Source: Escherichia phage AidaStucki_Bas93
Sequence record: PQ850593.1
DNA: 64,000 bases
Strand: one strand, 5' to 3'
Shown: piece by piece, positions 7,662 to 17,418 of the stretch
How the letters are laid out: each line of letters begins with the position of its first letter
Numbering within the stretch: the stretch's first letter is position 1
The notes under the pieces: generated by a model
Database searches by the model: none
Seen by the model: only the letters and a program-made list of their open reading frames with translations
What the model was told of the DNA's origin: nothing
Translations under genes and position numbers: made by a program

Positions 7662-10220
7662 ATGATCGTTTATAATAACCAAGCACCTGATGCAGTGAAT
7701 AACGTTGGGCAGTTTGGTGCTACTGAAGGCTCTATCGGAGCTTACAAGCAAGCGGCAGAATATGCAGCTGATTCTAAGTATTGGTCACTGTTGGCAGAGG
7801 CTAAGTTTGGTACAGTTGATGACTTGATTGCTCAGGTTGAGATTCTATACAAACAAGGTGTTCTATTAAGAGAAGATATTGAAGACTTAAAACAAGACTT
7901 CATTGCACAAGATGCTCGTTTGATGAACCTCATTGCTCAAACTAACGCAGCTGTAGCTGATGCAAATAATGCAGTTGCTCTGATTAATCAGAAACTTGTA
8001 GAAGTTCAGAATCAACTCGACGTTCTGTTGGGAATGTCTGTTGACGTAACTACACTTCCTCCGGGAACTCCGGCTACTGGCTCTTTTAATCCGAACACTG
8101 GTGTAATCTCTCTGGGTATCCCAGAAGGTGATCCCGGAAAGGATGGTTCTGTTACTGACCTATCTGCTGCTCCTACCGGTACACCGGAGCTGGGGGACAT
8201 CGGTTTCTATGTTGACAAAGATGATAACATTGTTCACAAAACAACTCTCGAAGATATTGCAAACCTGATCCCATCTGTTCGTTCTGTTTCAGTTAACGAT
8301 GGCCCTGCGCTTGATGGTGAAGTTGCTCTTACACTCAACAAAGAGACGGTAGGTCTTGGGAACGTTTTGAACGTGGCTCAGTACAGCCGCCAAGAGATTA
8401 ATGATAAGTTTGACAAAACAACTAAAACCTACCAATCGAAAGCCGAAGCTGATGCGGATGCTCAATACCGACAGGTAGGAGAAAAGGTTTTGGTGTGGGA
8501 CTCAACGAAGTATGAATTCTATACTGTTGCAGCGAATAAAACCCTTACTCCGGTTAAAACAGAAGGTCGTATCCTAACTGTTAACTCCCGTGCTCCTGAT
8601 TCAACTGGTAACATCGATATCGTAATCCCAACAGGAAACCCATCTTTGTATTTAGGGGAGATGGTAATGTTCCCTTATGACCCAGCTAAAGCTGTCTCCT
8701 ATCCGGGCATTCTTCCTGCGGACGGTCGTTTGGTGTCAAAAGAATCTGCTTTGGATTTAGGCCCATCCCTTATCAGTGGACAACTCCCTGTTGTTTCTGA
8801 AACAGAGTGGCAAGCTGGTGCTAAGCAGTATTTCTCTTGGGGTAAATTAGCCGATGGCATCACTGATGCAGATTCTACTAACTATATCAATATCCGTCTT
8901 CCTGATTGGACAGGCGGTGAGGCTATTCGATCCCCTGATTCTGTAAAAGATAGTGCATATAAAGGTAATGTTCAAAGTCAGGTCCCTTATGTAGTCACTG
9001 TAAATAACCAAGCTCCTGATGAGATTACAGGTAACGTCAATATCTCCAGATCTATCTTAGGTGCTGCTGCTGCTGGTGCAAACTCTGATATAACATCTCT
9101 CGCAGGGCTTACAACAGCGCTTTCTGTCACTCAGGGTGGAACAGGTGCAAAGAATTCCAATGATGCTAAGGTAAATTTAGATTTAGACAGAATAGAGCAA
9201 GGTTCTGGAGAGACTAAGATCCTATCTCCAAATAAAGAAACCTACATGTTTGTTGATAATGACGGGTGGGGTTGTTACCGTACCACGGCTGGGTTGGTCG
9301 GTACTGTAGCTTTGTCAGTTGAGAGAGGGGGCACTGGAGCAACAGATGTTGCTAGTGCAAGAGATAATCTAGGACTTAAATCTCTTTCTACATTAGATAT
9401 TGTTCCAGTAACAAAAGGTGGTACAGGTGCTAGTGATGCTGCCGGTGCAAGGTTTAATTTGGGGTTGGGAAATGTTTCTACTCTGGACAACGTACCAATC
9501 GCTAGTGGTGGTACAGGTGCTAGTGATGCTGCCGGTGCCCGAAGCAACCTCGGAGCGCTGAGTAACACTCCAGCAAACACAGGTGCAGGTAATACTGGTG
9601 CGCGAGTCCAACATGCCACCGGAAGAGGTCTGTTTACTTTAGACATGTTTAACTGCTACTGGTATATGCAGCCAGAGGATACTAACTTCTGGGTTGCCCA
9701 CGGTGTGTCATATGCAGGGCCTAATGGCGAAGCCTCAGAGTATGGTCGTATATCTTACGCAATAAAGATTGCAGATGGAACAACAAAATATGTCCATTGT
9801 CTTACAAACAAAAACACCATCATTGATACAGGCGGATTTATCAAAGCGGCATCTCCGGTAGTTAACATTTATGCCAACGGTCGGTATGAAACGAACGATG
9901 AGTCTGAGGGGGTTAGTGTCATCCGGCAGGGTATTGGTGAATATCTGATTACCGGTTGCCTCGGTCTTAACTCTGATGCAAGATGGGGTGGGGTGGATGG
10001 GGGGTTTGAAATCCCAACAGATCGCAACAAGCAACCTAGGATTTGGCTGGACTATGAGGTTAAAGAAGATGGTTCTATTTTAGTTAAAACCTATCACAGA
10101 ACTCACCCAACCTCTCCAGTTTTTGCTAGAAACGAGATAGAAGGTTTTTCTGATGGGGACCCTATTGATATTCCAAGTGATGCTTTTATCTCAGTTCGTG
10201 TAGAGATGCCAGCTGAGTAA
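7662..10220 (+). CDS. tail fiber protein
   Basis: 852 aa. N-terminal coiled coil, then four tandem GGTGA(x)nAR(x)NLGL repeats (aa about 495-640) typical of phage fibers. Confidence 0.7.
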   Translation: MIVYNNQAPDAVNNVGQFGATEGSIGAYKQAAEYAADSKYWSLLAEAKFGTVDDLIAQVEILYKQGVLLREDIEDLKQDFIAQDARLMNLIAQTNAAVADANNAVALINQKLVEVQNQLDVLLGMSVDVTTLPPGTPATGSFNPNTGVISLGIPEGDPGKDGSVTDLSAAPTGTPELGDIGFYVDKDDNIVHKTTLEDIANLIPSVRSVSVNDGPALDGEVALTLNKETVGLGNVLNVAQYSRQEINDKFDKTTKTYQSKAEADADAQYRQVGEKVLVWDSTKYEFYTVAANKTLTPVKTEGRILTVNSRAPDSTGNIDIVIPTGNPSLYLGEMVMFPYDPAKAVSYPGILPADGRLVSKESALDLGPSLISGQLPVVSETEWQAGAKQYFSWGKLADGITDADSTNYINIRLPDWTGGEAIRSPDSVKDSAYKGNVQSQVPYVVTVNNQAPDEITGNVNISRSILGAAAAGANSDITSLAGLTTALSVTQGGTGAKNSNDAKVNLDLDRIEQGSGETKILSPNKETYMFVDNDGWGCYRTTAGLVGTVALSVERGGTGATDVASARDNLGLKSLSTLDIVPVTKGGTGASDAAGARFNLGLGNVSTLDNVPIASGGTGASDAAGARSNLGALSNTPANTGAGNTGARVQHATGRGLFTLDMFNCYWYMQPEDTNFWVAHGVSYAGPNGEASEYGRISYAIKIADGTTKYVHCLTNKNTIIDTGGFIKAASPVVNIYANGRYETNDESEGVSVIRQGIGEYLITGCLGLNSDARWGGVDGGFEIPTDRNKQPRIWLDYEVKEDGSILVKTYHRTHPTSPVFARNEIEGFSDGDPIDIPSDAFISVRVEMPAE
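9417..9538 (+). repeat. 32-bp perfect direct repeat inside the tail fiber gene (9417-9448 and 9507-9538, 90-bp period)
   Basis: ggtggtacaggtgctagtgatgctgccggtgc occurs twice and encodes the GGTGASDAAGA repeat units. Confidence 0.9.
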
Positions 10221-10229
10221 ATAAAACAT

Positions 10230-10249
10230 GCTCCCTTCGGGGAGCTTTA
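10230..10249 (+). terminator. putative terminator hairpin
   Basis: gctccc-ttcg-gggagc followed by tttat. Short U tract. Confidence 0.45.
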
Positions 10250-10262
10250 TGGAGGATTATAA

Positions 10263-12140
10263 ATGTCTAGAGAATTAATGCCCAAATCTGGGATAATGAT
10301 GCCTCATGTGGTAGTTACTAGAGATGCCGCAGTTGTGGGTGTGTCTACAGTTGATGGCGTGGCAGGTGCTGTTAATTTAACAGATAAATATCTACAAAAG
10401 TCTGATGCTGAAGCAACATATCAAACGAAAGCAGAAGGGGCTACTAAGCAATATGTAACCGATGCTATTAACCCTATTATGACAAATGCTCTGTTTAAAG
10501 ATGACCCTTTTGTCAATAATGATACACCTATCCGCTCTGGTGGCGGTAATGGTGTTGAATCAGTGGATATGATTAAAGTTACCCCCGAGAACTCTATCAA
10601 ACTAGGGAGTTATGCTTCTTCTGTTCAGGGGGTTGAGATTCACTCTGCTGGTCGTGTTCAGGTTGTTGATCAGAATGATGGTGGAGTAGAAACTAAGTAT
10701 CCTATCTATTCTAAAAGGTATCGTCCTGAGATTGAGGATTTGCCTTTCGCTGCAATTGGTTCTTATGTCAAGGATTCTCAAGGTCGTACTGTTGGTGTTA
10801 CTCGTACAGGGATTAACTCTGATATCAAACAGCTTACTCAGAAGGTGACTTTCACTCAACCAGTTACTGTTCCTGATGCAGTTGGAGATTATGATGCAGT
10901 TACTTTGAGACAGCTTCGTAACAGTGGTGGTGGCTCTGGCGGTCCTACCATGAGCGGTATTTCTAACTTTGGTATTGGTGATTTTCATTTACGTGACAGC
11001 CGTGCTTTCATTCCCGCTTTTGAAGTAACCTCTGATGGACAGCTTCTCAGTCGTTCAGAGTATCCAGACCTTTGGGCTTATGCTCAACTGTTGACACCTA
11101 TCTCGGATGCTGATTGGTTGGCTGATCCTCAGAAACGTGGTAAATACTCAACAGGTGATGGTTCTACTACTTTCCGTGTCCCTGACCGAAATGGTGTCCA
11201 ATCAGGTTCAATTAAAGAGTTGTTTGGGAGAGGGGACGGAGGATCTTCCTCTAACAATGGTACAATCTACGAAGCAGCAGCGCCAGACATTGGAGGGGCA
11301 GCAGCTGGCGTATCTCAAGGTACTTATGCGCAAATTTTTGGTACAGCATCAAGAGGTGCGTTTTTCGCAGATAACGGTTTATATCCACAAGGTCAAGGTG
11401 AAACTATTCCGGGCGGAGCTGGTGCTACAGAAGGTCGTCAGAATACTCTGAATTTCCTAGCAAGTAGATCTAATGCTACTTATGGGAGATACGGTGTTTC
11501 AGATAACATCCTCCCTCGTAACTTTATTGGTGTTTGGACTATCCGTGCGCATGGTGGTTTTACGGCAGCTAACACTTCTTGGTCTGTGATTAATAGTGGC
11601 ACTACTGTACCTCCACCTAACGCGGTTGTTTACGGCGGTCAAGTTTCCAGTGAGTACAGAGTCAACGGTGCACTACGTGTAGGCTCAAGCATCATGACGC
11701 GCTATACGGAAAATGGAGAAATTATCCCGATTGTTCGTGTTACTGATAACCGTACAGGTACGTCATCGTCTTATGACAGACCACTCCGTGATGCTTATCA
11801 GGTTACCAATACTGGAACAGGGGGTCGGTCACTTAACATCGTTAAAAACAATACTCGCGGTTGGCAAACTATATCGTGCCGTTTTCCTGTAACATGCCCT
11901 CCTAACTCAGCTACAAACTGGAACTGGAATTTTGTAAGCGAAGGAGCAACACCATTCGTCAACTATCCTGGGATATCGGCTAATGGGGAAAGTAGTAACT
12001 CTGCGGACTGGTTGGTTCAGGTGGAAGGTATTACAGGTAGTCAGTGTGCAGGCTTTATTCACAACAAATCATCAGCAACTTTGGTAGTATGGGTGATGTT
12101 AATCGCACACGGCATAATTGCCTCAACCTGGGAGGGATAA
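10263..12140 (+). CDS. tail fiber protein with phage tail-collar domain
   Basis: 625 aa. The segment LLSRSEYPDLWAYAQ...GDGSTTFRVPDRNG matches the tail-collar motif. Confidence 0.75.
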   Translation: MSRELMPKSGIMMPHVVVTRDAAVVGVSTVDGVAGAVNLTDKYLQKSDAEATYQTKAEGATKQYVTDAINPIMTNALFKDDPFVNNDTPIRSGGGNGVESVDMIKVTPENSIKLGSYASSVQGVEIHSAGRVQVVDQNDGGVETKYPIYSKRYRPEIEDLPFAAIGSYVKDSQGRTVGVTRTGINSDIKQLTQKVTFTQPVTVPDAVGDYDAVTLRQLRNSGGGSGGPTMSGISNFGIGDFHLRDSRAFIPAFEVTSDGQLLSRSEYPDLWAYAQLLTPISDADWLADPQKRGKYSTGDGSTTFRVPDRNGVQSGSIKELFGRGDGGSSSNNGTIYEAAAPDIGGAAAGVSQGTYAQIFGTASRGAFFADNGLYPQGQGETIPGGAGATEGRQNTLNFLASRSNATYGRYGVSDNILPRNFIGVWTIRAHGGFTAANTSWSVINSGTTVPPPNAVVYGGQVSSEYRVNGALRVGSSIMTRYTENGEIIPIVRVTDNRTGTSSSYDRPLRDAYQVTNTGTGGRSLNIVKNNTRGWQTISCRFPVTCPPNSATNWNWNFVSEGATPFVNYPGISANGESSNSADWLVQVEGITGSQCAGFIHNKSSATLVVWVMLIAHGIIASTWEG

Positions 12141-12141
12141 T

Positions 12142-12351
12142 ATGGTCACTACAAATGTTAATTACGCTAAGACGGCTGAAATGAGACTTGCAACATGTGT
12201 AACTAAAATACAGGAATGCACAGCAATGGCGAGTTTCGTTGATGAATATAAGGACAAACTGGTCGAGTGGCAGAACTACTACATTGCTGCAAAACCTTTG
12301 AGTGATGCAGGAAAGTTTGAAGAGCTTTTCAACATCCCACTTCCCGACTAG
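12142..12351 (+). CDS. hypothetical protein (possible fiber assembly factor)
   Basis: 69 aa from the internal ATG, which is preceded by gggaggg. Lies immediately after the fiber gene. Confidence 0.4.
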   Translation: MVTTNVNYAKTAEMRLATCVTKIQECTAMASFVDEYKDKLVEWQNYYIAAKPLSDAGKFEELFNIPLPD

Positions 12352-12407
12352 TCTGGCAAGTAATCTACAGTCCTGCTATGATGCTCTGATTAACGGAGGA
12401 TGAAATC

Positions 12408-12566
12408 ATGGCAGGACGTCAAGTTACCTACACAACCCGTAGCTTAGGCGAGATTGTGAATCGCCTTGATCCTAAACGTTTAACGGAACCCAAAATAGTT
12501 TATATTCTGGATAACAGGAAGAGGGTCAAGAAGATTCTAATCTTTCTGATCCACGACTTTCGCTGA
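12408..12566 (+). CDS. small hypothetical protein (52 aa, below the ORF-track cutoff)
   Basis: ATG preceded by ggagga. Translates to MAGRQVTYTTRSLGEIVNRLDPKRLTEPKIVYILDNRKRVKKILIFLIHDFR. Confidence 0.35.
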   Translation: MAGRQVTYTTRSLGEIVNRLDPKRLTEPKIVYILDNRKRVKKILIFLIHDFR

Positions 12567-12699
12567 ACAAAGGACTGGTGACCCCGGTTTAATCACAAAC
12601 TGGAGGTGGTTTTAATAAGGGACTTGAACACTAATGGAGGTGTTAATATTTTTGTTAAAATTGCATCATCTATAGCAGAACTTAAGTCTGATAAATAGT

Positions 12700-12727
12700 C
12701 TACTGCCCCTTCGGGGGCTTTAGTAGT
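12700..12727 (+). terminator. putative terminator hairpin
   Basis: ctactgcccc-ttcg-ggggc..tagtag stem followed by ttt. Confidence 0.45.
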
Positions 12728-12791
12728 AAGTATGTTCAAGAGGTAATGAAACTACTATATCACAAAAGGAATACACATAGGAGATACGAAG

Positions 12792-13010
12792 ATGAAAATG
12801 ATGAAACAAATCAGTTATGGGCTAGCTTGCGTTGCTACCGGTTTTGTTGTGTCAGTGGCTGTTCCTGTTAACGCAGTGCATCCTCTGATAACACAGCCTG
12901 CACCAGTTGAGAAGTTAAGTGCATCTTGTAAGCAGCGTACAATTCAGAATAATCTTGTGGTTATTTGTCCGGACTCTGATTCTAGTGCTCTGAGAAACAT
13001 GCTTCAGTAA
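12792..13010 (+). CDS. small membrane/secreted protein next to the endolysin (holin or lysis-regulator candidate)
   Basis: 72 aa. One N-terminal hydrophobic segment (ISYGLACVATGFVVSVAVPV). Lies directly upstream of the lysozyme gene. Confidence 0.45.
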   Translation: MKMMKQISYGLACVATGFVVSVAVPVNAVHPLITQPAPVEKLSASCKQRTIQNNLVVICPDSDSSALRNMLQ

Positions 13011-13039
13011 TTTAGAGCTAACTGGAAGGGAGGTGAAAA

Positions 13040-13531
13040 ATGGATAATGTCGCATTGCCACCGATACAGCTGAGCTTAAGCCCAGACGGGATGGAATTCA
13101 TCATGAAGCATGAAGGTATGAGAACTCGTGCTTACAAAGATTCCGCAGGTATCTGGACGATATGTGTTGGGGCTACGCGCGATATGAATGGGTATCCAGT
13201 TAGACAGGGATTAACGTATTCTATAGAGGATTGTCTAGCTCTGCTAGATAGAGACACACAAGACTCTGTTCGTGCCACTCAGAAAAATATTAGGGTTCCT
13301 TTGTTAACCCACGAGTTTGATGCTCTCACCTCTTTCAACTTCAACGTTGGTGGTGAGGCTTTATCAACTTCTAAACTTAGGAAAGTTATTAACGGAGATG
13401 TGAAGGGTGATGTTTATTCCGAATTTCTTCGTTGGGATAAAATAACGGTAAGGGGAGAGAAGCAGAGAAGTCAGGGTCTTCATAACAGAAGGGTTGCAGA
13501 AGCTGATCTTTACACCGAAGGTAAATATTAA
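13040..13531 (+). CDS. endolysin, GH24 (T4/lambda-type) lysozyme
   Basis: 163 aa. Catalytic-region motif HEGMRTRAYKDSAGIWTICVG. SD gggaggtg. Confidence 0.85.
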   Translation: MDNVALPPIQLSLSPDGMEFIMKHEGMRTRAYKDSAGIWTICVGATRDMNGYPVRQGLTYSIEDCLALLDRDTQDSVRATQKNIRVPLLTHEFDALTSFNFNVGGEALSTSKLRKVINGDVKGDVYSEFLRWDKITVRGEKQRSQGLHNRRVAEADLYTEGKY

Positions 13532-13543
13532 TGGAGGTGCCTT

Positions 13544-14347
13544 TTGGCTATCGAAACTAATGCGGTAGTTGTTACCGATTTAAACCCGCTCTATCCTAGA
13601 GACAGGGATTACATCTACGAAGGGGCGGCTCAAATCCGCCTCATTAAACAAACATTACAGAACACATTCCCAAATGTTACAGAGCCAGTTCAGTTGGACT
13701 CAGATTCTCTCAATATTCTGGCTAGCAAAGTTACCTTTACTGGTGACTCTATGGATGTTGGTGGGTTGATGATCAAGAATGCCACTCCGGGTACAGGTGA
13801 TAGCGATGTTGTCACTAAAGGCCAGATGGAAGCTTTCATGCAGAACTGGATGGCTAATAAGCTTTACAGGATTGGCTCTTACTATATCACTGAAGAAGAT
13901 ATTAACCCCGGTGATAGTTCTTCTCTTGGTTTTGGCTCTTGGACTAAAGTGACTGGTGTTATTATGGGTACTGGTGTAGTAAACCCTGATGGCTCTGTTC
14001 CTAATGCTCAGAGGGTTGAATTCCAAGCAGGTGGTACTGGTGGTCGTGTATTCAATACCATTCGTACAGAGAACGTACCTTTGATGACAGTTAATGGCTC
14101 CAGCTTCTCTTTATCCAGCAACACCCACAGTCACAACATGGTATTTGGTCGTGGAGATGCTAGTGGTCATAACAGCTCACCTAACTGGTATAGTCCGGGT
14201 GGTGGTTACAGTCAGAGAACTGATAATGACACTCACACTCATACAATCTCTGGTAGTGTAAGTCTTGGTCGTGATGATATCTCTCGTCAACCTATTAACA
14301 CTTTGCCACCATTCAGAGCGGCTCACATTTGGAGACGTATTAGTTAA
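13544..14347 (+). CDS. tail fiber/receptor-binding-like protein
   Basis: 267 aa with a TTG start after ggaggtg. Fiber-type N-terminus (IRLIKQTLQNTFPNV). C-terminal HxH repeats (HSHNM, HTHTISG) as in fiber metal sites. Confidence 0.55.
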   Translation: MAIETNAVVVTDLNPLYPRDRDYIYEGAAQIRLIKQTLQNTFPNVTEPVQLDSDSLNILASKVTFTGDSMDVGGLMIKNATPGTGDSDVVTKGQMEAFMQNWMANKLYRIGSYYITEEDINPGDSSSLGFGSWTKVTGVIMGTGVVNPDGSVPNAQRVEFQAGGTGGRVFNTIRTENVPLMTVNGSSFSLSSNTHSHNMVFGRGDASGHNSSPNWYSPGGGYSQRTDNDTHTHTISGSVSLGRDDISRQPINTLPPFRAAHIWRRIS

Positions 14348-14356
14348 GGAGGAATT

Positions 14357-17300
14357 ATGGCGCTGTATCCAATAAAGTCACTAGGTGCTGTAGGCGTTAT
14401 CGCTGATCAGGCTCCGACAGACTTAGCTCCTAATGCTTTCACTAATGCTATAAATGCTCGATTTGTTGAGCAGAGAGTGTTTAAGACGGGGGGCAATGCC
14501 CCTCTTTCTTATGTAGATGAAGATAAGGATTTAACCCCTCTGTCTTTCGTGTCTATGCCTTTCGATTATTATAGCGCAGGTAATAGCTTTCTTGTTGTAG
14601 GTACGAATAAGAAGTTATATAAACTGACAGATGAAAGCTTGACTGACATTAGCCGTAAGGTTGCTACAGTCACTAAGAAGGCTTCTGCCTCAATTAAGAT
14701 CTATCCAGTTGTTTCTCAAATCGTTCCTAAAGAATCAACTATTTCAATGAACTTCAATCAGACTAAGAATCTAGAAGTTTCTCTTCTTCCTGCTGATGCT
14801 AACAATACCGACCTTGTTTGGGAGGTTAGTAATTCAACCTATGGAAGTATTGCAGTAGACCCTAATGATTCTAAACTTGCTACTCTAACATCTTTTGAGA
14901 GAGAGGGGAATCTTGTAGTAACCATCTCTACTGCTGATGATTCTGTAGTGGCTCAGATTGCTGTGAACATTATAGATGGTGATTCGGGAATCTTCTTGAG
15001 TCAGGACACTGTTACTATCCGTAAAGGAGGGACTACCACTCTTACGGCTGTTACTGGTAAAACCCCTGTTACTTGGTCTAGCAGTAATGCTTCTATTGTA
15101 TCCGTAACCCCTAACGCTAATTCTCTAACTTCTGTTATTACTGCTAATGGTGAGGGCAACGTAACAATCACTGCCGATAATGGAACGAAGACTGCTTCTT
15201 GTGAGGTTGTTTCTATACCTCAGATTGATAGCATCTCTTTAAGCCAGTCGGATGTTATTGTAAGCAGAGGTTCTCAGTACATCTTAACTGCTACCCTTTC
15301 TCCTGCTGATGCCCCTAATCAAAACATTACTTGGACCTCTTCTAATCCAAATATTGCAACAGTATCAGGGACTAGTACACAAGGGACGATCAATGCCTTA
15401 CTTGCTGGATTTACTGAGATTACGGCTACCACTGAAGAAGGTAACAGAGTTGCTGTCTGTACTGTACGAGTAGATTTAGCTGGAAGGGCGATGAGAACAA
15501 GTGCTATGGCATTTGCTGCACCTGCATCAGAACCAATTGAATCACAAGAGGAAGAAGTAGTAACTTCTCCTGAAAGTGAAGAGACGGTTTATTTTGCTGA
15601 TCCTGTGTCTGGTATCGATACGTCAGGGATGTATGAAGGTAATAACTTCTACGACTACTCTAACGTGAACGACATTGAAGGTTTTGCAAGAGCTTCTTTA
15701 CTAGAAACCCCTTTGTCATCCGTAACCTTGGATGTTGTCAGTGCTTCTCTTGATGTTGGTGAGGAAATAGTTATTACAGCTACAGCTTCTCCAGAAGGTG
15801 AGTATTCCTATCAGTGGTCTGTCGATAAGACTGGTTATGTTTCTACAACTTCAGTTACTGGTAAATCTATCAAACTGGTTGCTCTTCGTAAAGGAGAGAT
15901 TAACGTAACATGTACTGTCAGTCAGATGACCCAGAAAGATTACGATGCTTTTGATGACTACCCTTGGTATCACGCTGTTATCTCTAACTGTGCAGTTGCT
16001 ACAACTCACTATGAAACTCCTCAGGTAAAAGAGTTCGAATCAGAATACTTTGTAGACCTTCCGGGGTGGGGTGAGCAAACAGTTGTTGATAGTGATGGAA
16101 ACCCTTCAGTCAAAAAGTTTAACTGGAAATGTGAGAGAGTAAGATCTTTTAACAACCGTCTTTTTGCTCTGAATATGAGAGAGGCTAATGCTTCTGGTGT
16201 TACCACTAACTACCCTCTTCGTCTTCGTTGGTCTAATTTTGCCAACGAGAACAAAGCTCCTACTTTATGGGATGACTTTGCCTATGATCGAGTTGTGTCT
16301 TCGGACTTGGCTTCTAACATCGTAGGACAGACTCAGGCTTTAGAAAATGGATATGCTGGTTACATCGACTTAGCTGACTCTAACGGCAGCTTGATTGATA
16401 TCCTACCTCTTAAAGATTACTTGTTCGTTTATACAGAGTTTGAAACGTACATTGGTTCTCCAACTAATAACACGTACCAACCTCTGATGTTCAAGAAACT
16501 CTTTAACGATTCCGGTATCCTTGCTCCTGAGTGTGTAGTAGAAGTTGAAGGTAGTCATTTCGTAGTTACTCAGAACGATGTAATCTTACACAATGGTGCA
16601 ACTAAGAAGTCAATCGCTTCTAACCGTGTTAAGAATATGCTAATTAATGAGATATGTCTGGTTAACCCTTTAGCTACTCGAGTACATTTGCATCAGGATA
16701 AGAAAGAAGTTTGGATTCTGTACGTAGGTCCGGGAGAACCAAAAGAAAGCTTCGCTTGTACTAAAGCTGCTGTATGGAACTACGAGTTTGATACTTGGTC
16801 CTTCCGTACTATTCCTTATGCTCAGTGTATCGGTCTAGTTGACCCTCCTGTTTTAGAGAGAGGTCCAATCTGGTCTGACTTCCAAGAGATCACTTGGGAT
16901 GACCAATCTATCAAAGAACTCGTTTGGAGAAAGGATGCAACAAACTTTAGACAGAGGGTTACGATAGTAGGTTCGTTCTTGAGGGGGTTCTATCAAGTGG
17001 ATGTAGGTGCTCTTGATTATTTCTATGATAGGCTTAATGATAAGATTATAGAAAAACCACTGGAGATGAGGTTAGAGAGAACTGGCATTGATTTTGATAA
17101 CATCACTAATGAGTGGAATCAAAAGCATATCAATAGGTTCAGACCTCAGACGACAGGTTCTGGTACGTATACTTTTGAGGCGGGTGGTAGTCAATTCTCT
17201 AACGAGTATGGTCATCCACATACATCCAAGACGTATACGATTGGTGTTGATAGGCATGTCTCGGTGAGACTGAACCATCCATACCTTTTCTATAATGTTA

Positions 17301-17374
17301 TAGATAATGATGTTAACAGCAATGCTGCTATCAATGGATTAACGATAGAGTTTGCTGTTGGCGGGCGGAGATAA
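14357..17374 (+). CDS. large tail structural protein with several Big_2 Ig-like domains
   Basis: 1005 aa. At least three Big_2-like repeats (for example ITWTSSNPNIATVSGTSTQGTINALLAGFTEITATT). Confidence 0.7.
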   Translation: MALYPIKSLGAVGVIADQAPTDLAPNAFTNAINARFVEQRVFKTGGNAPLSYVDEDKDLTPLSFVSMPFDYYSAGNSFLVVGTNKKLYKLTDESLTDISRKVATVTKKASASIKIYPVVSQIVPKESTISMNFNQTKNLEVSLLPADANNTDLVWEVSNSTYGSIAVDPNDSKLATLTSFEREGNLVVTISTADDSVVAQIAVNIIDGDSGIFLSQDTVTIRKGGTTTLTAVTGKTPVTWSSSNASIVSVTPNANSLTSVITANGEGNVTITADNGTKTASCEVVSIPQIDSISLSQSDVIVSRGSQYILTATLSPADAPNQNITWTSSNPNIATVSGTSTQGTINALLAGFTEITATTEEGNRVAVCTVRVDLAGRAMRTSAMAFAAPASEPIESQEEEVVTSPESEETVYFADPVSGIDTSGMYEGNNFYDYSNVNDIEGFARASLLETPLSSVTLDVVSASLDVGEEIVITATASPEGEYSYQWSVDKTGYVSTTSVTGKSIKLVALRKGEINVTCTVSQMTQKDYDAFDDYPWYHAVISNCAVATTHYETPQVKEFESEYFVDLPGWGEQTVVDSDGNPSVKKFNWKCERVRSFNNRLFALNMREANASGVTTNYPLRLRWSNFANENKAPTLWDDFAYDRVVSSDLASNIVGQTQALENGYAGYIDLADSNGSLIDILPLKDYLFVYTEFETYIGSPTNNTYQPLMFKKLFNDSGILAPECVVEVEGSHFVVTQNDVILHNGATKKSIASNRVKNMLINEICLVNPLATRVHLHQDKKEVWILYVGPGEPKESFACTKAAVWNYEFDTWSFRTIPYAQCIGLVDPPVLERGPIWSDFQEITWDDQSIKELVWRKDATNFRQRVTIVGSFLRGFYQVDVGALDYFYDRLNDKIIEKPLEMRLERTGIDFDNITNEWNQKHINRFRPQTTGSGTYTFEAGGSQFSNEYGHPHTSKTYTIGVDRHVSVRLNHPYLFYNVIDNDVNSNAAINGLTIEFAVGGRR

Positions 17375-17378
17375 CAAC

Positions 17379-17405
17379 AAGGGGCTTCGTGCCCCTTTTA
17401 TTGTT
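17379..17405 (+). terminator. Rho-independent terminator
   Basis: aaggggc-ttcgt-gcccctt followed by ttattgttttt. Confidence 0.65.
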
Positions 17406-17418
17406 TTTGGAGGAACTT

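Noticed and set aside
9275-9646. Regularly spaced repeats that could superficially suggest a CRISPR-like array.
   Set aside because: There are only two perfect 32-bp copies. They lie in frame inside a tail fiber gene and encode the GGTGA repeat. There is no spacer-repeat periodicity and no cas genes.
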